From contig MU058687.1 in assembly GCA_013265495.1 (NCBI GenBank), forward strand, positions 434,001 through 498,000: a stretch of 64,000 nucleotides of DNA, read 5' to 3'. A program made the translations under genes and the position numbers. Shown one piece after another: positions 37,330 to 50,714 of this stretch (its first letter is position 1; each line of letters begins with the position of its first letter). Origin of the DNA: Vicugna vicugna. Its lineage: Eukaryota. The notes under the pieces were generated by a model. It did no database searches, was not told the origin of the DNA, and saw only the letters and a list, made by a program, of their open reading frames with translations.

Positions 37330-38160
37330 CTTGGGCCACTTTTTCTCTGCCTTCTTTGCTGGTTCATTCTCCTCTACCTGGCCTCTAACTGCTCAAGTTC
37401 CTGAACAAGGAGCATTCCCAGCTCTCCTTGGGTTATTCCATCAACTCCAGTGGCTTAAATATCTAGATCTCAATGATGCCCAAATCTATAATTCACCAGA
37501 ATCATCCTCTTCAGGTAATACCCACATAACATCTTCACCACATTTCTAGTTGGATGTTATTTAGAGACATGTTGAAAAAGCTGACCACCTCATCTTCCTT
37601 CCATCAACTGGCTCTGCTTCCTATAGGCCGCTTTTCAGTGAATGGGGCTCCTATCCACCTAGTTGCCCAATCAGAAACCTGAATGTCACCCCAACTCCTC
37701 CTCCCCAAGGAGAAAGAGCTCCTCAGTGAATGAAGTAAGTCCTGGCAATGTGTCCTCCCCAAAGACTTTGGAATGTACTCCCTTTTCTCTTCCCCTCCTA
37801 CCATCATCCTAGTCTACACCATCATTGACTCTCACCTGGACTTCAATAATAGTTTCCTAACAGGTCTCCCAGCCTCCAGTCTTAAACCTTCTGAATCTAG
37901 TTTCTATCCCATAGACAGAGGGTCTTTGTAAAACACAAACCTGGTCAGATCACTCTTTTGTTTAAAACCCTTCAATGGCTTTCCACTGCCCTTGGGATAA
38001 AGCTCTTAATGTTGCTTAGAAGACTACATAATATCTTGACTTTTCTAGTTTCCTAGCCTGCTGCTTTCCTCCTTGCTCTCTCTATGCTATAGCCATTCGG
38101 GGCATGTTCTGTGCTCACACTGCCCTTGCACATGCTGCCCCCTCTTGCCTGGAACTGTTT
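37330..38160. mobile_element. L2 fragment
   Basis: atccacctagttgcccaa.cagaaacct, ctctcacctggac, ggtctcccagcctccagtctt, ttaaaacccttcaatggcttt. Confidence 0.7.
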
Positions 38161-41113
38161 CATCCAAGCTGCTTGGCTCGCATCTATTCCTTAGCTCTCT
38201 CTCTTTGGGTGCAGGTGCAGGTCAGTTCTGTAGGCTTCCTAGCAGGAAGTTGAGGAAGTTCTCATCTGATAGTTTTTGTTTTCTCTGAAGTAAGAAAAAC
38301 AAGGTTAACTCTTGAGAGTGAGAAGGAATTAGCTGAGTTGGAAGTTCTTAAATCTCAATCTCAGACCTAGGGTAAGTACTTGATTATGGAGTTCATATAA
38401 CACCTGAATTCCTCTAGTTTTCATATCATATTAGGAATAATAGCTTGTTTAAGTCTCTCTCTCTTTCCCCTTAGATCACTAGACAGTTGTGTTCTTAGGC
38501 CCTCATACCATTTCTGGACTAGACTAAGTGCTCAGTAATATTTTGCAAAATGAAAGAATGAGTACTCACCAAGCAATTGCTTGATACTAATTTTGTTTCA
38601 TGTAAATTCTCTTATAGGGCAGAAAATGCATGGATCAGCCAACTTGAACATTCTAGGCCACTTAGTTTTATTCTGTCCCTTGCACATAGGCTCTCTGCTG
38701 TCAAGAAGGCATAAAAGGCACTGCATCTGGTATAATAAAACATTATCATATAGTTTTGACAGGTTAGATCTCCTCTCTTTTCTTCATTTCCTGAGAAACA
38801 CTCATTAGCACTGTTGCTGAAAAAGCTATCCTATGTCCAGTTCCACAAACTTCTTGCTCTTTAGATGTTTATTTTGTACTTGCCATTTCCTTTACCAGGA
38901 ACTCCCTTCTCTGGCTAAAGCCTCCTGGTCTTATAAGACTCAAAACCAGATCATCCCCTTTGGGAAGCTTTTCTTGAATTGCACAGGTTTCCCAATGTTC
39001 CTACAACACCCTGTGCACACCTATTGCTTAGCATTTATCATTGCATTACAACAGGGGAGCTTTCAAAGAGTATTTTATTTATCTCTCCTTTCCCAAAGTT
39101 TGGGACAATGCCTGACACAGAAAGAGATTCCAAGACTTAAATCCTGAAACCTCAGCCCCATCAGTTACTAGTTGGGAGACTTTGAATATCTTTAGTATCA
39201 GGTAATTTACTTCAAGAACATTCATTAATTCTAATCTTCACAAATATTCTTAAAATTAGGGAGTGGTGGAGCTGAGATTGAATCCAAGGACGACAGTGAC
39301 GCCTGTGCTCTTTTTACCACATCACTGAGGAAAGTCATTGAGTCACTTTCAGACCAGTTCTCTTATCTCCAGATAGGAGTGACAATATCACAAGGAGCAG
39401 AAGTTTTAGGTAAGTTTTACCAGCCACCATAAAAGATGCTGAATAATTAAAATAATTTAAAACATGAATTCTCTCCTTTACAGATCCTTAAGAATTCTCC
39501 AAAATTCATGACCGCCAGAATCTAGACTACTCTTTATCAGAGTGTCATGTTACAGCAACTTCTAGTTGGCTACGAATGACTACTTCTGTTCTTTTCCAGG
39601 TCAACTCAGAGTTTCTTCAAATGAATCAGAAGATAGTGCCTATTTCCAAAATAAAGTACTTGGGAAGGGAGATTCTTCTCCTTGATGCAAAGGACAAAAT
39701 ACCTTCTTAAGGCTCTCAATGATGCATGATGGCAGGGAGTCAAAGGAAAAAAGTCAATTTCAGTAAAAGATTTTGAGAAGAAGTTGGTAATGGAAAATAT
39801 AGTGTGGAAACTGTTTCCCTACTACTGCAAAAAAAAAAAATAGATAAACAAAACTAGGATCACATCAAGAAATATATGAGTAAAGCCAGATCATTTGACA
39901 AACCTTCCAACCCATTCTCCCCACTGTCCCATGAAATAGCACATTTAAACAGGAATCTTTGCTGACTCTACTAGGAATCTTAAAAATGCGGTCTCTGCAT
40001 TAGAACTCACTGAAACCTGGTAAATACTAGTATTATCTACAAGTCTGGGAATATAGAAGTTCCCAGGCTGGATATAATGTGTAAGATAAGCAAAGTTGTT
40101 TCTTGCAGGTTCGAGAATGTAGCCTGCAGTCAATATTGCCTCATAATCTAAGTCCTTGCTAGGCTGTGAACAACAGGAGAAAGAGTATGAGCAGAGTTGG
40201 AAAGCACATGCTTCAGGCATGCAGCTCTTGTAGCTAGATCACCTATCCTTAGGCATTTCAGAGACCTAATACTTCCACCCCCACCCCGGTGGGCAGAGTT
40301 CAGTCACACTATGAGCTGAGTTTGGAGTGGGAATGTGGAACTTATGCTTCTTGTCTTCCTTGGCTCTCATTTTCTATCACCTGTTTTAGAGACCTTTAGT
40401 CCTTTGCATGTGCTTGGAGCAAACTGGTAACATTAATATGTGTCCTTATTCATGGCCAACATAAACACTGTAACTTTGCTGGGAGAAAGTTAAACTGGAA
40501 GTCTTGGCAAGCAAGGGGACAATCAACAGACTGTGGAAAATACAAAGAGCCGCAGCTGGGAAAAATAGCTCAGCAATTTTCAGCAAATGGCTGCTTTGGG
40601 GGAAAACCTAGTGTACACTTCCAGAAGGAGATTCAAAGTTCATTCACTGACCCTCGCCCCTCGTGTGCCTCCTCCTCCCACCTTTACCTCCGATAGTAGA
40701 CAGTGAAGTAGGGTGGGGGAAGGGAATAATTTGGAAACTTCTATCAGATAAAGAGCGCTAAGAAAGGTGACGAGGAGAGTTTCTGGGTAGAGAGGTGGCT
40801 GGTGCAGAGGTGAAAGGGAAAGACAGTGGGCAGACCAAGAGAGGTGAGGGCAAGAGAGTGACAGCAGGGACAGGGCAGGGCTGGAGGAGGACAGTGGGCC
40901 AAAGGCAGAAAAGGGGAGGCTCAAGAAAAAAAGGGTCAGGGGTGATAGTCCCCAGTTGGATCCAACGAAGGTGGATAATACTGTGAGTAGTGGGCTAGGG
41001 CCGCACAGGTCCGATGGGAACAGGAAGGTCGGCCAAGGAGGGGTTGGGTCAGAGAGTGGAGGCAAAGGACCCAATTCCTAGTTTCGCGACCCCTCAGCGC
41101 CATCCTCACTCGC

Positions 41114-41164
41114 CTGCAGGATCCGGGCCCGCACTGCCGCCGCCGCCACCACCACCGCCGCCAT
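41114..41164 (-). CDS. ALDH6A1: ALDH6A1 (methylmalonate-semialdehyde dehydrogenase, mitochondrial) exon 1, transit peptide
   Basis: ACCATGG Kozak context; MAAVVVAAAAVRARILQ; donor CAG|gcgagt (GC-type). Confidence 0.9.
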
Positions 41165-41738
41165 GGTTCTCGGGTCCCTCTTCTCAGCCCCTCACGCCTC
41201 TCCTGCCGAATGCGTCCAGAAGCACTACTATTGCCAGGCCTCGCCCCCGCATCCTGCCGCACCTCCTCATTGGTGCAGAGGACTACTTCTCCTAGCCAAT
41301 CACTCGCCCTGACATCTGACTCCACCCTCTCAATCCCAGTCCTGGGGTATACGATTGGCCAGAAGTGATAGAGCTCTCGCCCCCTCCCACTTCAACAAAT
41401 TCTGTTGGCGGAGGTAGGGACGACGCCCCTGACTTGGGTACTCTATATTGAGCACACGGGAAGACGCCCCCGCACCCGGAACTCCGATTGGCCACAAGCA
41501 ACTGCGGCCCCACCCACTCACTGAGGAAAGTAAATAAGACCCTCCAAGAATTTTGCAGTAACTCCACCTCATCCACTGTGCGAGGGGGTGAGGCTAGCCT
41601 TAGAGGCGGGGCTAAGGAAAGATTACCCTATAGGACGGGGAAACCAGACGCGGCAACGGATGGGGGATAGGGTTTCTCCTTGGGGGCGTGGCTTGTGGAT
41701 CCTAGCTTTCCCGCCGACGGTTGGCCATGTCACGTGAC
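41165..41738. promoter_or_regulatory. bidirectional CpG-rich promoter shared by ALDH6A1 and LIN52
   Basis: divergent ATGs ~575 bp apart; CCAAT/ATTGG boxes near 41269, 41296, 41354 and 41488; GC boxes near 41606 and 41682; E-box CACGTG 41731-41736. Confidence 0.85.
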
Positions 41739-41769
41739 ATGGGTTGGAAGATGGCGTCTCCCACAGACG
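41739..41769 (+). CDS. LIN52: LIN52 (MuvB/DREAM complex subunit) exon 1, coding part
   Basis: MGWKMASPTD(G)|gtaaga; the real start may be the second ATG at 41751. Confidence 0.88.
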
Positions 41770-44244
41770 GTAAGAGCCGGCTTAGAGAGCCTTCGCCTGC
41801 AACCTCCTTCTATGCTCTTCTGGGAACTTCCACTCTCCGTCTGCCCCTAGGACTTATACTTCTTTCTTGGGCTCCTCTCCTTCCCCTTCCACTTCTTCTC
41901 CATAGGATGCGGGTATGTCTTCAGCCCTCCGGTTTTTCACAGCGGTTCCAGAGGTGCCCAGTTTCTCTGCAGTGTACAGGAGGGTAGAGGAGGGTACCCG
42001 CTTGGGACCCATTCTGGGCAAAAGGAGGAGGGTCGCCCTGGCCCTCCTTATTCCCATTTGGGTGAGGTTGAGGGCCGAGAAGGAGATACTCCTGGGGGAA
42101 AGGAGATGCCTTAGTGTAGCGTTCTCCTTCTCAGAGGGCCCCATTGAAGGGTCGATTCCCTTCTCTTTGAGCATCTGGAACGATTCTCTTAAACCCTAGC
42201 TAGGGTTGGTAGCTGACTAAATCCTGGGACTGAAATGCAAGAGAAACGTGATTCTCTCCTGTACTTAGATTGAGACCGTTGCCTAGGAAGCAGGAGAAGC
42301 AGGAGACCCTCTCGGTCCCTTGCAATGAGAGTCCCGAGAAAAATGAGAATTGAGCTTTTTAACGTAGTCGTGCACACGTCTCAGCCTATTTTGCTTCATG
42401 TGTTGTTTTCTAAGGCTGAGTGGATTAACGATATCTGCTTATATGTTGTCTAAGATGCAAGTCATCTCAGATAGCAATTGAATGGTTTTGATATGCCCAC
42501 AGGGTTTTGCGCTCGGTTCTGCTTTAGGTTTCGGGTCTTGCAGTCATTTCTGAACTCACTTAATTTTTGCTTTGACCACCTCCATCCCCATGTCCATTTC
42601 ACTAATAGGTAATTTTCTGTCAAACAAAGGCATTTTGTGTTTGGGAGGAATCTTAGAAGTTCATTTCAGGAATGAGGAAATTGAGGCCAGGAAAGCTATA
42701 CTGAGTTTCTGCTATATGAAAGGCATTATATTAGATGCTTTGGGAGAGGAAAAGATTAGTCAAACAAGTAAACACTTGGCAGTTTCAGGCCTCATTTAAA
42801 TGTCACCTCCCAGAGAGGGTTTCCCAGAACACAGTGTCTGGAGTTGTCCCTCTTCACCATTATTTAAGAGAGTCACCATATTTAAGGTAGACACTATTAA
42901 AATTGCCTATCTCAGTACCTTCATTGACAGTGTAGGTATTCTGTTAACTTTGCCCCTTTCACAAAAGATTGTAAATTCCAAGTCTGTCTTTTTCACAGCT
43001 GGATCATAGGGCTTAACCCAGTGCTTGGGAAGCAATAGGCCTTTGATTCACATTTACTGAAAGAATGATTAGCTATATACATAAATTGCATATTAGTCTA
43101 ATTTTAACTGAGTCTTAAGTGTTTTGAATACAGGTACATACTGTATAAGAAATGGGTGTTGGAAAAAAATTATGGGGGTTGAGCATCAAAAGTGATTCTT
43201 TCTTCTACTTGGATGCTCTCGTTTAAAATGTGCTCTTCTTGCCAGAAAAAAAAGCATTGAAGATGTCAGCCAAGGGAATGGGGAGTTATTGTTTAATGGG
43301 TACAGACTTTCAGTTTAGGAAGGTGAAAAAGTTCTGGCAATGGATGGTGATGATGGTTGCACAGCAATGTGAGTGTACTTAATGCCACTGAACTGTACAC
43401 TTAAAACTAGTTAACAAGGTAGATTTTATGTTATGTGTAGAAGTAGAAGTAGTTGCTATTAAAATTTTTAGTTTATTACTAAGTTGTTTTTAAGTTTTGT
43501 CCCTTATGTTTGATTTTTGCTGCCTTCTCTGAATTTCTTTTCTTCATCTAGGAAGAATATTGGAAATATATATTTTTTCCTTTGGCTTTCTAACCATCTC
43601 CACTGTCATTCTATTTACACACTTGATTTTTGAAAATTTTCATGCTAATCTTTAACAGAACTTCACTTTTCTCTCCTTAGTCTTTTTAATCAGCGAAAAT
43701 CAAGTTGAGGACTTTGAACTTAAATTTAGCTTCTAAATAAGTATGTCAAAGTATCTCATCCTAAAATATCCCACTGCCTATCTCTTGCACTTCTATTTTT
43801 AGTGTTCCACCTGTTTCTGTCTTTAAGATTTAATTCAAATTATCTTCATATAAAAATGAATTTAGGTCATTTACTATTTGTCTGTTTAATGCCAAATTTG
43901 CTGGGATTTCTTTGAAAAGGAGAAAATAAAAATCTAAGTAAAGCCATTAATTACTTAATGTATGAGAATAACACTGTAAGCAGAGTCTGAGTAATGCCCC
44001 AGACTGTGGTATCATAAGGCCATGCCTGTTGGTTGTTTCATCCTACCCTTGATAAGTTTATTTTTGTTATGATTGAATTTCCAATCAGTAATATTCCATG
44101 GGAATTTGAAAATTGGCATTTTGTGTTTTACACAGCTTTTTATTTTTTTTTAAACCATTTTTGGATGTTTTAGTTAAGGCAGTTTATTAGAGTTGAGTTC
44201 TTCACCAATTAGAATGCCATTGGAAATTCCCTTAGAATAAATAC

Positions 44245-44800
44245 ATAGATTCAGCTAACATCCATCTTCTCAGAGAGATACAATAAAAAGAAAAGAAAGA
44301 ACAAAAGAAAAAAAATATTTTTCTCAATTTTAATGAGAACTTTTAGGATTTACTCTTTTAACTTTGCTGTATATTACACAGCAGCGTTAGCTCTAGCTGT
44401 CATGCTGTACGTTACATCCCTAGTACTTACTTATCTTGTAACTGAAAGTTTGTACCTTTTGACCACTGTCCTCCAGTTCCCCCTCTTCTCACTCCCTACT
44501 TCTGGTAACCACAAGTGTCATCTCTTTTTCTGTAAGTTTGTTGTTTTTTAGATTGCACATATAAGTGAGATCATACAGTATTTGTCTTTCTCTGATTTAT
44601 TTCACTTAGCATAATGCCTTCAAGGTCGCAAATGGTAGAATTTTCTAATTTACTTATGACTGAATACTGTTCTGTTGTGTGTGTTGTGTGTGTGTGTGCA
44701 TATATATATTTTTTACAATTTCTTCATCCATCAATGGACACTTAGATTGTTCCCATGTCTTGACTATTGTAAATAATCCTGCTATGACCATAGGGGTCCC
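44245..44800 (-). mobile_element. L1 3' end, antisense
   Basis: atgagaacttttaggatttactct...ataagtgagatcatacagtatttgtctttctctg...atggacacttag. Confidence 0.8.
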
Positions 44801-45049
44801 TTAGAGTATGTGGGAAGAAAATTCAGTTTAATGAAAAACACATGTTGAAAAATTTTATAAATATGTACATTTTCTGGGGAGTGACTCCATAGCCTTTTTT
44901 TCCAGATTTTCAAACATGTGACTTATCCAGAAAATGTTAAGAACTATCGTTTATATCATTAAATAACCTAATTAATTCAACTAATTAGTATACTGAGCAC
45001 ACAATATGTAGTCAACAAATGTTAACTGTTGTTGTTAATATTGAGCATG

Positions 45050-46000
45050 TACTGTGTGCCAGAGCAAGAGTGGAGAGGAAATGGTGTCAAAGAATTAGGC
45101 AGGGTCTGGATCATGTAGGATTTTATAGGTCGCATTAGATATACATTAATGAATTTAGCTGGGAAGAAGTCCTTTCAGCTGGAGAGTGACATGAACTGGT
45201 TGACATTAAAAAAAAAACTGTTCTGGCTACTTTGTGGTGAATACACTTAGGGGTAAGAAGGGGAAGAGGTAAGAATGGGAGCAGGGAGACCTGTTAAGAG
45301 GTTGTTGGAGTAGTCCAGGAGAGAAGTGATGGTTCCTTGGTTAATTAATGTGATTTCAGGGTGTGTTTTGGAGATAGAAACTACTGGATTTACTAATAGA
45401 TTGGTTATGGAAGGGTGAAGGAATGGGAGACAGATGGGAGAAGGATGACCTGAGTTTTTGGGTTGAGAACTGAGGTTGATGGTGTGTTATTTCTTGGGAT
45501 GGAGAGGACTGGGAGAATATGGCTTTTCATACATGTAAATAGAGAGAGATGTCAAGTAGCCACTTAGATGTATAACCCTGAAGTTTGGGGAAAGATTGAG
45601 GCTGGAAAGAGAAGTATGGGGTCATTGGCTTATAAATGATGGTAAAGGCTGTGGGACGAGATGAGATGTCCTTACGAGACTTTGGGTAGAGAGTGAAGCC
45701 AGCCTAAGGTGGGCCCTGAGTGGAAAAGGAGACTGCAGGCGTCAGTGAGGAAGGAGGGAAACCAGCATAGTGGAAGTGGAGTGTCTGAAGGAGAGTGATC
45801 ACTGTGTGATGCTGCAAAGAGGTCACATAAGAAAACAGAGAAGTGACCACTGGATTTAGCAAAATAGGTCATAGATAATCTTGACAACAGCCACTTTCAT
45901 GTATGTAGGGACAGAAACCTGTTTGTTGTTGGTTAAGGAGAGACTGAGGTGAGAAAGTGGGGACAGCAGGATAGACAACTCAAGAACTTTTGCAGTGAAG
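45050..46000. mobile_element. L2 fragment
   Basis: purine-rich L2 body (gtagtccagg, gagatgtcaagtag, gtgaccactggatttagcaa); boundaries approximate. Confidence 0.65.
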
Positions 46001-46526
46001 GAGTGAGGAGATCATGGGGTCAAGGAAGAGTTTCTTCAAAGAAGGGAAATTCTAAAGCAGGCTTACTTGCTGTTGAGTATGAGCCAGTAGAAAAGGTAGA
46101 AGCTGGTTGTGCAAGAGATTATTCAAGATACTGTCTTTAACAGAGCAAAACAAGATGGAATTCAGAGCCCTAGCACAGGAGTTTGTCTTTCTTGGGAGCA
46201 GGGAGACTTAATTGATTGTAACTAGACGAAAGTCTAAGGGTATGAATAAAGATACAGTTGGGTTTGTTGACATTCATTTTTTTCTAACACCTCACTAAAA
46301 TATTGTTCCCATTTTAGAGATGGGAAAAGTGAGGTTTGATGAGGGAAATGATTTATTTGTATAACATCATGATCCAGTAGCATCATTAGTATTAGAACTC
46401 AGTCTCTAAACTTCCAGGTGAGTGTTCCAGCTTGTTATGTTCTTTGAGAGTGACGTGTCATAAAATATAAATTAATGTGTTTTGTGTCTTCTTGGCTCAT
46501 TTGGGTGTTTTGGTGTTTTGTTCTAG

Positions 46527-46601
46527 GGACAGATCTGGAAGCATCTTTGCTAAGTTTTGAAAAGCTTGACCGTGCTTCACCAGACCTTTGGCCAGAACAA
46601 T
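46527..46601 (+). CDS. LIN52: LIN52 exon 2
   Basis: ttctag|GG...T|gtaagt; TDLEASLLSFEKLDRASPDLWPEQ, containing the LxSxExL pocket-binding motif and the DYRK1A site RASP. Confidence 0.95.
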
Positions 46602-47777
46602 GTAAGTTTTTGGTTACTTTATGTCAAAATTGATGCAGGAAAACCACTTCAGGTAGATTTTTGAAGAGTTATCATTTAACTGAAATGATTACAATTTTAA
46701 TTTTACTTCAAGAAGAAGAGACTGAATTCTGTGTTCTGGTGTTAAGAATAGCTGTCTGGTTGTTTAATTTTTTCTGAGCAGAGTGTGATTCTCTAAATGA
46801 TAGGGAGTCTTTAAAACTTACTTTTAAAAACCCCAACTGTAATAAGCCAGACAATACAAGGTACATAAAATAATTCCTTACCTTCTTGAAGTACTCTGAT
46901 AAAAGTTAACTGCTGTTACAGTTTAGTACAGGTATTTTGGACATTTTTTATGCTTATACAGATGGGTGAATACATATTTTTGAGTTTTTTGTTTTGTTAT
47001 GATGGAGTCAGATGTACAGCGATCTACAGCTTAACTTAATCCACCTAGTAATCTTTTAATGGATCTTTCCATATTGATAGGCATAGATATGGTCTTCATA
47101 TCTTTTAAAGTATTTTATTGTGTAGATATAGTTTATTCATAATTCATTTGGAAACCTAAATTATATCCACGTTTTGATATTACAAACAATTTAGCAATGT
47201 ATATACTCGCACATTTATCTTTGTGCATGCGGAAGAGGATGACTGGATGAGAGTGCCCATTTCCTTACATACTAGCCATTATTTGATGTTACTGATCTTT
47301 GTTTTTAGTTTGTATTTCTTTATTAGTGAGATAGAACTTTATTTTTAAATATCTGAGTTTTATTCTTCTGTTTTTTTAAATATGATTCTTTCTGTGAGAT
47401 ATTTAAATAAACAATTAGATTGACAGAATAACATACATACCTAAAAAGGAAATTTAAACTTTTTGGTAAAAGATATTGTATCTCACCACCCTCTCATTCA
47501 CCTAACTCCTGATCCTTCAAATTCAGTTTAGGCTTTATTTTCTTTCAGCAGCTTTCCCTGCCTCCTCAGTCTGATTTAGATTTCTAATTTGTGTCCTCCC
47601 ATAAGACCTGGTGTTTTTCTTGAAGCTCTTAAAAAATGTTATAATTATTAATTTACTCCTTCTCTTCTTCCAGATTGTAAGCTTCTTGGAGATAAGGCTG
47701 TTTTCTTGCTTGAGTCTTCCATGTAAGGGAAACTAAAATGTTTATTACCTAACTAATACTGTATTTCTTCTTTTTAG

Positions 47778-47815
47778 TACCAGGTGTTGCTGAATTTGCA
47801 GCTTCTTTCAAAAGC
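47778..47815 (+). CDS. LIN52: LIN52 exon 3
   Basis: tttttag|TA...AGC|gtaagt; 38 nt, (L)PGVAEFAASFKS. Confidence 0.93.
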
Positions 47816-48556
47816 GTAAGTAATATCTTACTTACTTAATGAAGTTTTCCCAACATTTTGCTCTTGGGTGAAATCTCAAATATCTCTTATTTCTTTACTT
47901 TCAAGAATAACGTCATAGCCTTCAAAATATTTTGTAACTACAGCTCAGGACATCTGTTTATGTTATCATTATGTTAAGGATGTTAATGCTCTATTTTGGT
48001 ATTTTTGACCTTTGACTATTAGCCTCTTCTCTCAGCTTAACAGATTTTAAAGTAAGGCAATTGAAATATTTAATGTAACACCAGTATTCTTTTTTGCCCA
48101 AACTATTATTTTGAAGCTTTTCTCTTTTGTTTATATGATGCATTATGACTTTAACTTATACCTACCTAGAGGATTTTGAAATTTCTCAGTGGCTCGTCAT
48201 AAACTGAAGGAAGACATCCATTAGAGCCACAACTTTCCTACTTCCAGGGCAGCAGGCATTGTACTAGATGCTCTAAATATGTTCTCTTATGTATTCCCAC
48301 AACAGGAAAATATGATTATAATACTAACTAGCACATACATAATGCATACCATATGCCAGGCACTATTCTAAGCACTTTATGTGTATTATTTAATCTTCAC
48401 AAAACCATATGAAGTATAGTTGCTGTTATTATTTCTATTTTACAGACAAGGAAATAGGCACAGAGAGGTTAAGTAGGTTACCCAAAGTTATAGGCTATAA
48501 ATATATGACAGAAACAGTCTTTGAACTCATTAGTCTAATTACTAGTGTCCATACTC

Positions 48557-49170
48557 TTTTTTTTTCTTAAGTAGATTTACAATGTTGTGTTAGTTTCTGG
48601 TGTATAACAAAGTGATTCAGTTATACATATATTCTTTTTCATATTCTTTTACATTGTAGTTTATTGTAGGATATTGAATATAGTTGCCTGTGCTATACAG
48701 TAGGACCTTGTTGTTTATCTGTTTTATGTATAGTAGTTTGTATTTGCTAATCCCAAACTCCTAATTTAGCCTTCCCCCATCCCCTTTCCTCTTTGGTAAC
48801 CATAAGTTTGTTTTCTATGTCTGTGAGTCTGTTTCTATTTTGTAAATAAGTTCATTTGTGTCATATTTAGATTTCACATGTAAGTAATACATATGGTATT
48901 TGTCTTTCTCTTTCTGACTGACTTTACTTAGTATGATAATCTCTAGGTCCATCTATGTTGCTGCAAATGGCATTACTTCATTGTTTTTTAGGCTGAGTAG
49001 TATTCCATTGTACAGATATACCACATCATCTTCATTCAGTAATCTGTCAATGGACATTTAGGTTGCTTCCATGTCTTGGCTATTGTAAATAGTGCTGCTG
49101 TGAACATTGGGGTGTATGTCTTATATTTAAGTCTTTAAGCCATTTTGAGTTTATTTTTGTGTATGGTTGA
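48557..49170 (-). mobile_element. L1 3' end, antisense (artiodactyl-type)
   Basis: poly(T), gatttacaatgttgtgttagtttctggtgta...tgtgctatacagtaggaccttgttg...ggttgcttccatgtcttggctattgt. Confidence 0.85.
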
Positions 49171-50414
49171 GAGTCTGTTCTGTGCCCACACTCTTTGTAC
49201 CATACTTAGCAGCATTTGAGCCCAATATTGAAAGCACTGACTGACAGAGAAACTTGGAAGTTACTTCCCAAGCCCTAGTGAGTGATAGGCCAGAATCTGA
49301 AACAGAATTGTCTGATTCAAAACCTTATGTTCTTTCTATTAACAAATCTGGTAGTTGTAATATAACTCTCTCAGTACCTTACTATATGCTTAGCACTCTA
49401 TACTCATTGTTCAGGTTAAAGATGCTGAGTTAAATATTAAGGCCTTTCTGAGCCTGTGGCTTTCAGGTCCTATGAGAGTATTTGTTCAGAGGGAGTCTGA
49501 CTTTGTAGCCTCTTTCAGTTTTTCAGGAGCTAGGGTTGTATGAAAGCTGGGCTGCATTCCTTTAGCATTGGGAAGGACTAAGCGTGAGGAATGCAGGAGA
49601 GGGTAGGGCTTTGGAATGAGACATACTCAGATTTGAGTTCTGAATCTGCTACTTCACTGTCTCTGACCTGAGCAAGTTTCCTAACATTTTTGAGCCTCAG
49701 TTTTCTCATTTGAAACCACCTCATAGAATTCTTAGTGTAAAATGCCATAATGCATGTGAAATACTTTGCATAGAGCCAAGGACTAGTAAACAATACACGG
49801 TAGCTATTATTACTAGATCAGCATTTGCCTAGTAGATTGAATAGAAAGTATCTGACTTAATGTTACATTCTCATTCATACTGAGTTTTTAGTTTAGTTAA
49901 TTATATTTGGTTTCAACTAATTACTTTAAGTTGTAAATATAAATAAATGATTAAAAAAACTTCTATTAGAGTATTGTGTTTTTTAAAAATCTGAGGACAT
50001 ATCTATACCTTTTCCCTAGAAGTATGCACATACGTATTGAGTTTTGCTTCTAAGGGTTCAGGGCCACCCCAGGGCCCTAGTGAGGATCGCCTGGTACAGT
50101 CTGATTCCCTACTAGGGGGCAGAAGTGGTGAATTTGAATCTAGAGCCTTCTAGGAGAAGTAGTATAGAGCAGTGGTTTCTGAACTCAGACTTCATGGGTT
50201 TTGAATCCTGGCTCCAACAGTTGTGTAACCCAAAGCAAGTGATTTATAACCTTCCTTTACATCTGTTTTTTTCATTTGTAAAATGAAGAGGACGTAATAC
50301 CTTCTTCATAGAGTTGATTTGGAGATTAAATGACATGATGCGTGTAAAGTGTTTTGCTTGTCACATAGTGCCAAATAAATGTTAATTTGCAAAAAAGGAA
50401 AAGGAATAAACATG

Positions 50415-50660
50415 TCCTGGGATGTAATGTACAGCATGGTGACTATAGTTAATAATACTGTATTGCATATGTGAAAGTTGCTAAGAGAATAGATCTTAAA
50501 AATTCGCATTACAAGAAAAAAAATTTGTAACCATGTATGGTGATGGATGTTAACCAGATTTATCGTGGCAATCATTTCACAATATATACAATTATAGTAT
50601 TATGTTGTACACCTGAAGCTAATAATAATGTCAGTTATACCTCAGTTTTTTAAAAAAGGG
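50415..50660 (+). mobile_element. L1 3'-end fragment
   Basis: gatgtaatgtacagcatggtgactatagttaataatactgtattg...tgtacacctgaa. Confidence 0.8.
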
Positions 50661-50714
50661 AAGGAAAGGGGCTCAAAGTTGAAGCAATGTTTCTTAATTG
50701 TACCGCTACCTGTT

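Noticed and set aside
40867..40898. G-quadruplex (four GGG runs) in ALDH6A1 intron 1
   Set aside because: The last loop is long (15 nt), and such runs are common next to CpG islands.
40640..42377. Many overlapping ORFs around the promoter
   Set aside because: Expected in GC-rich, stop-poor CpG-island DNA; only the ALDH6A1 and LIN52 first exons are supported.
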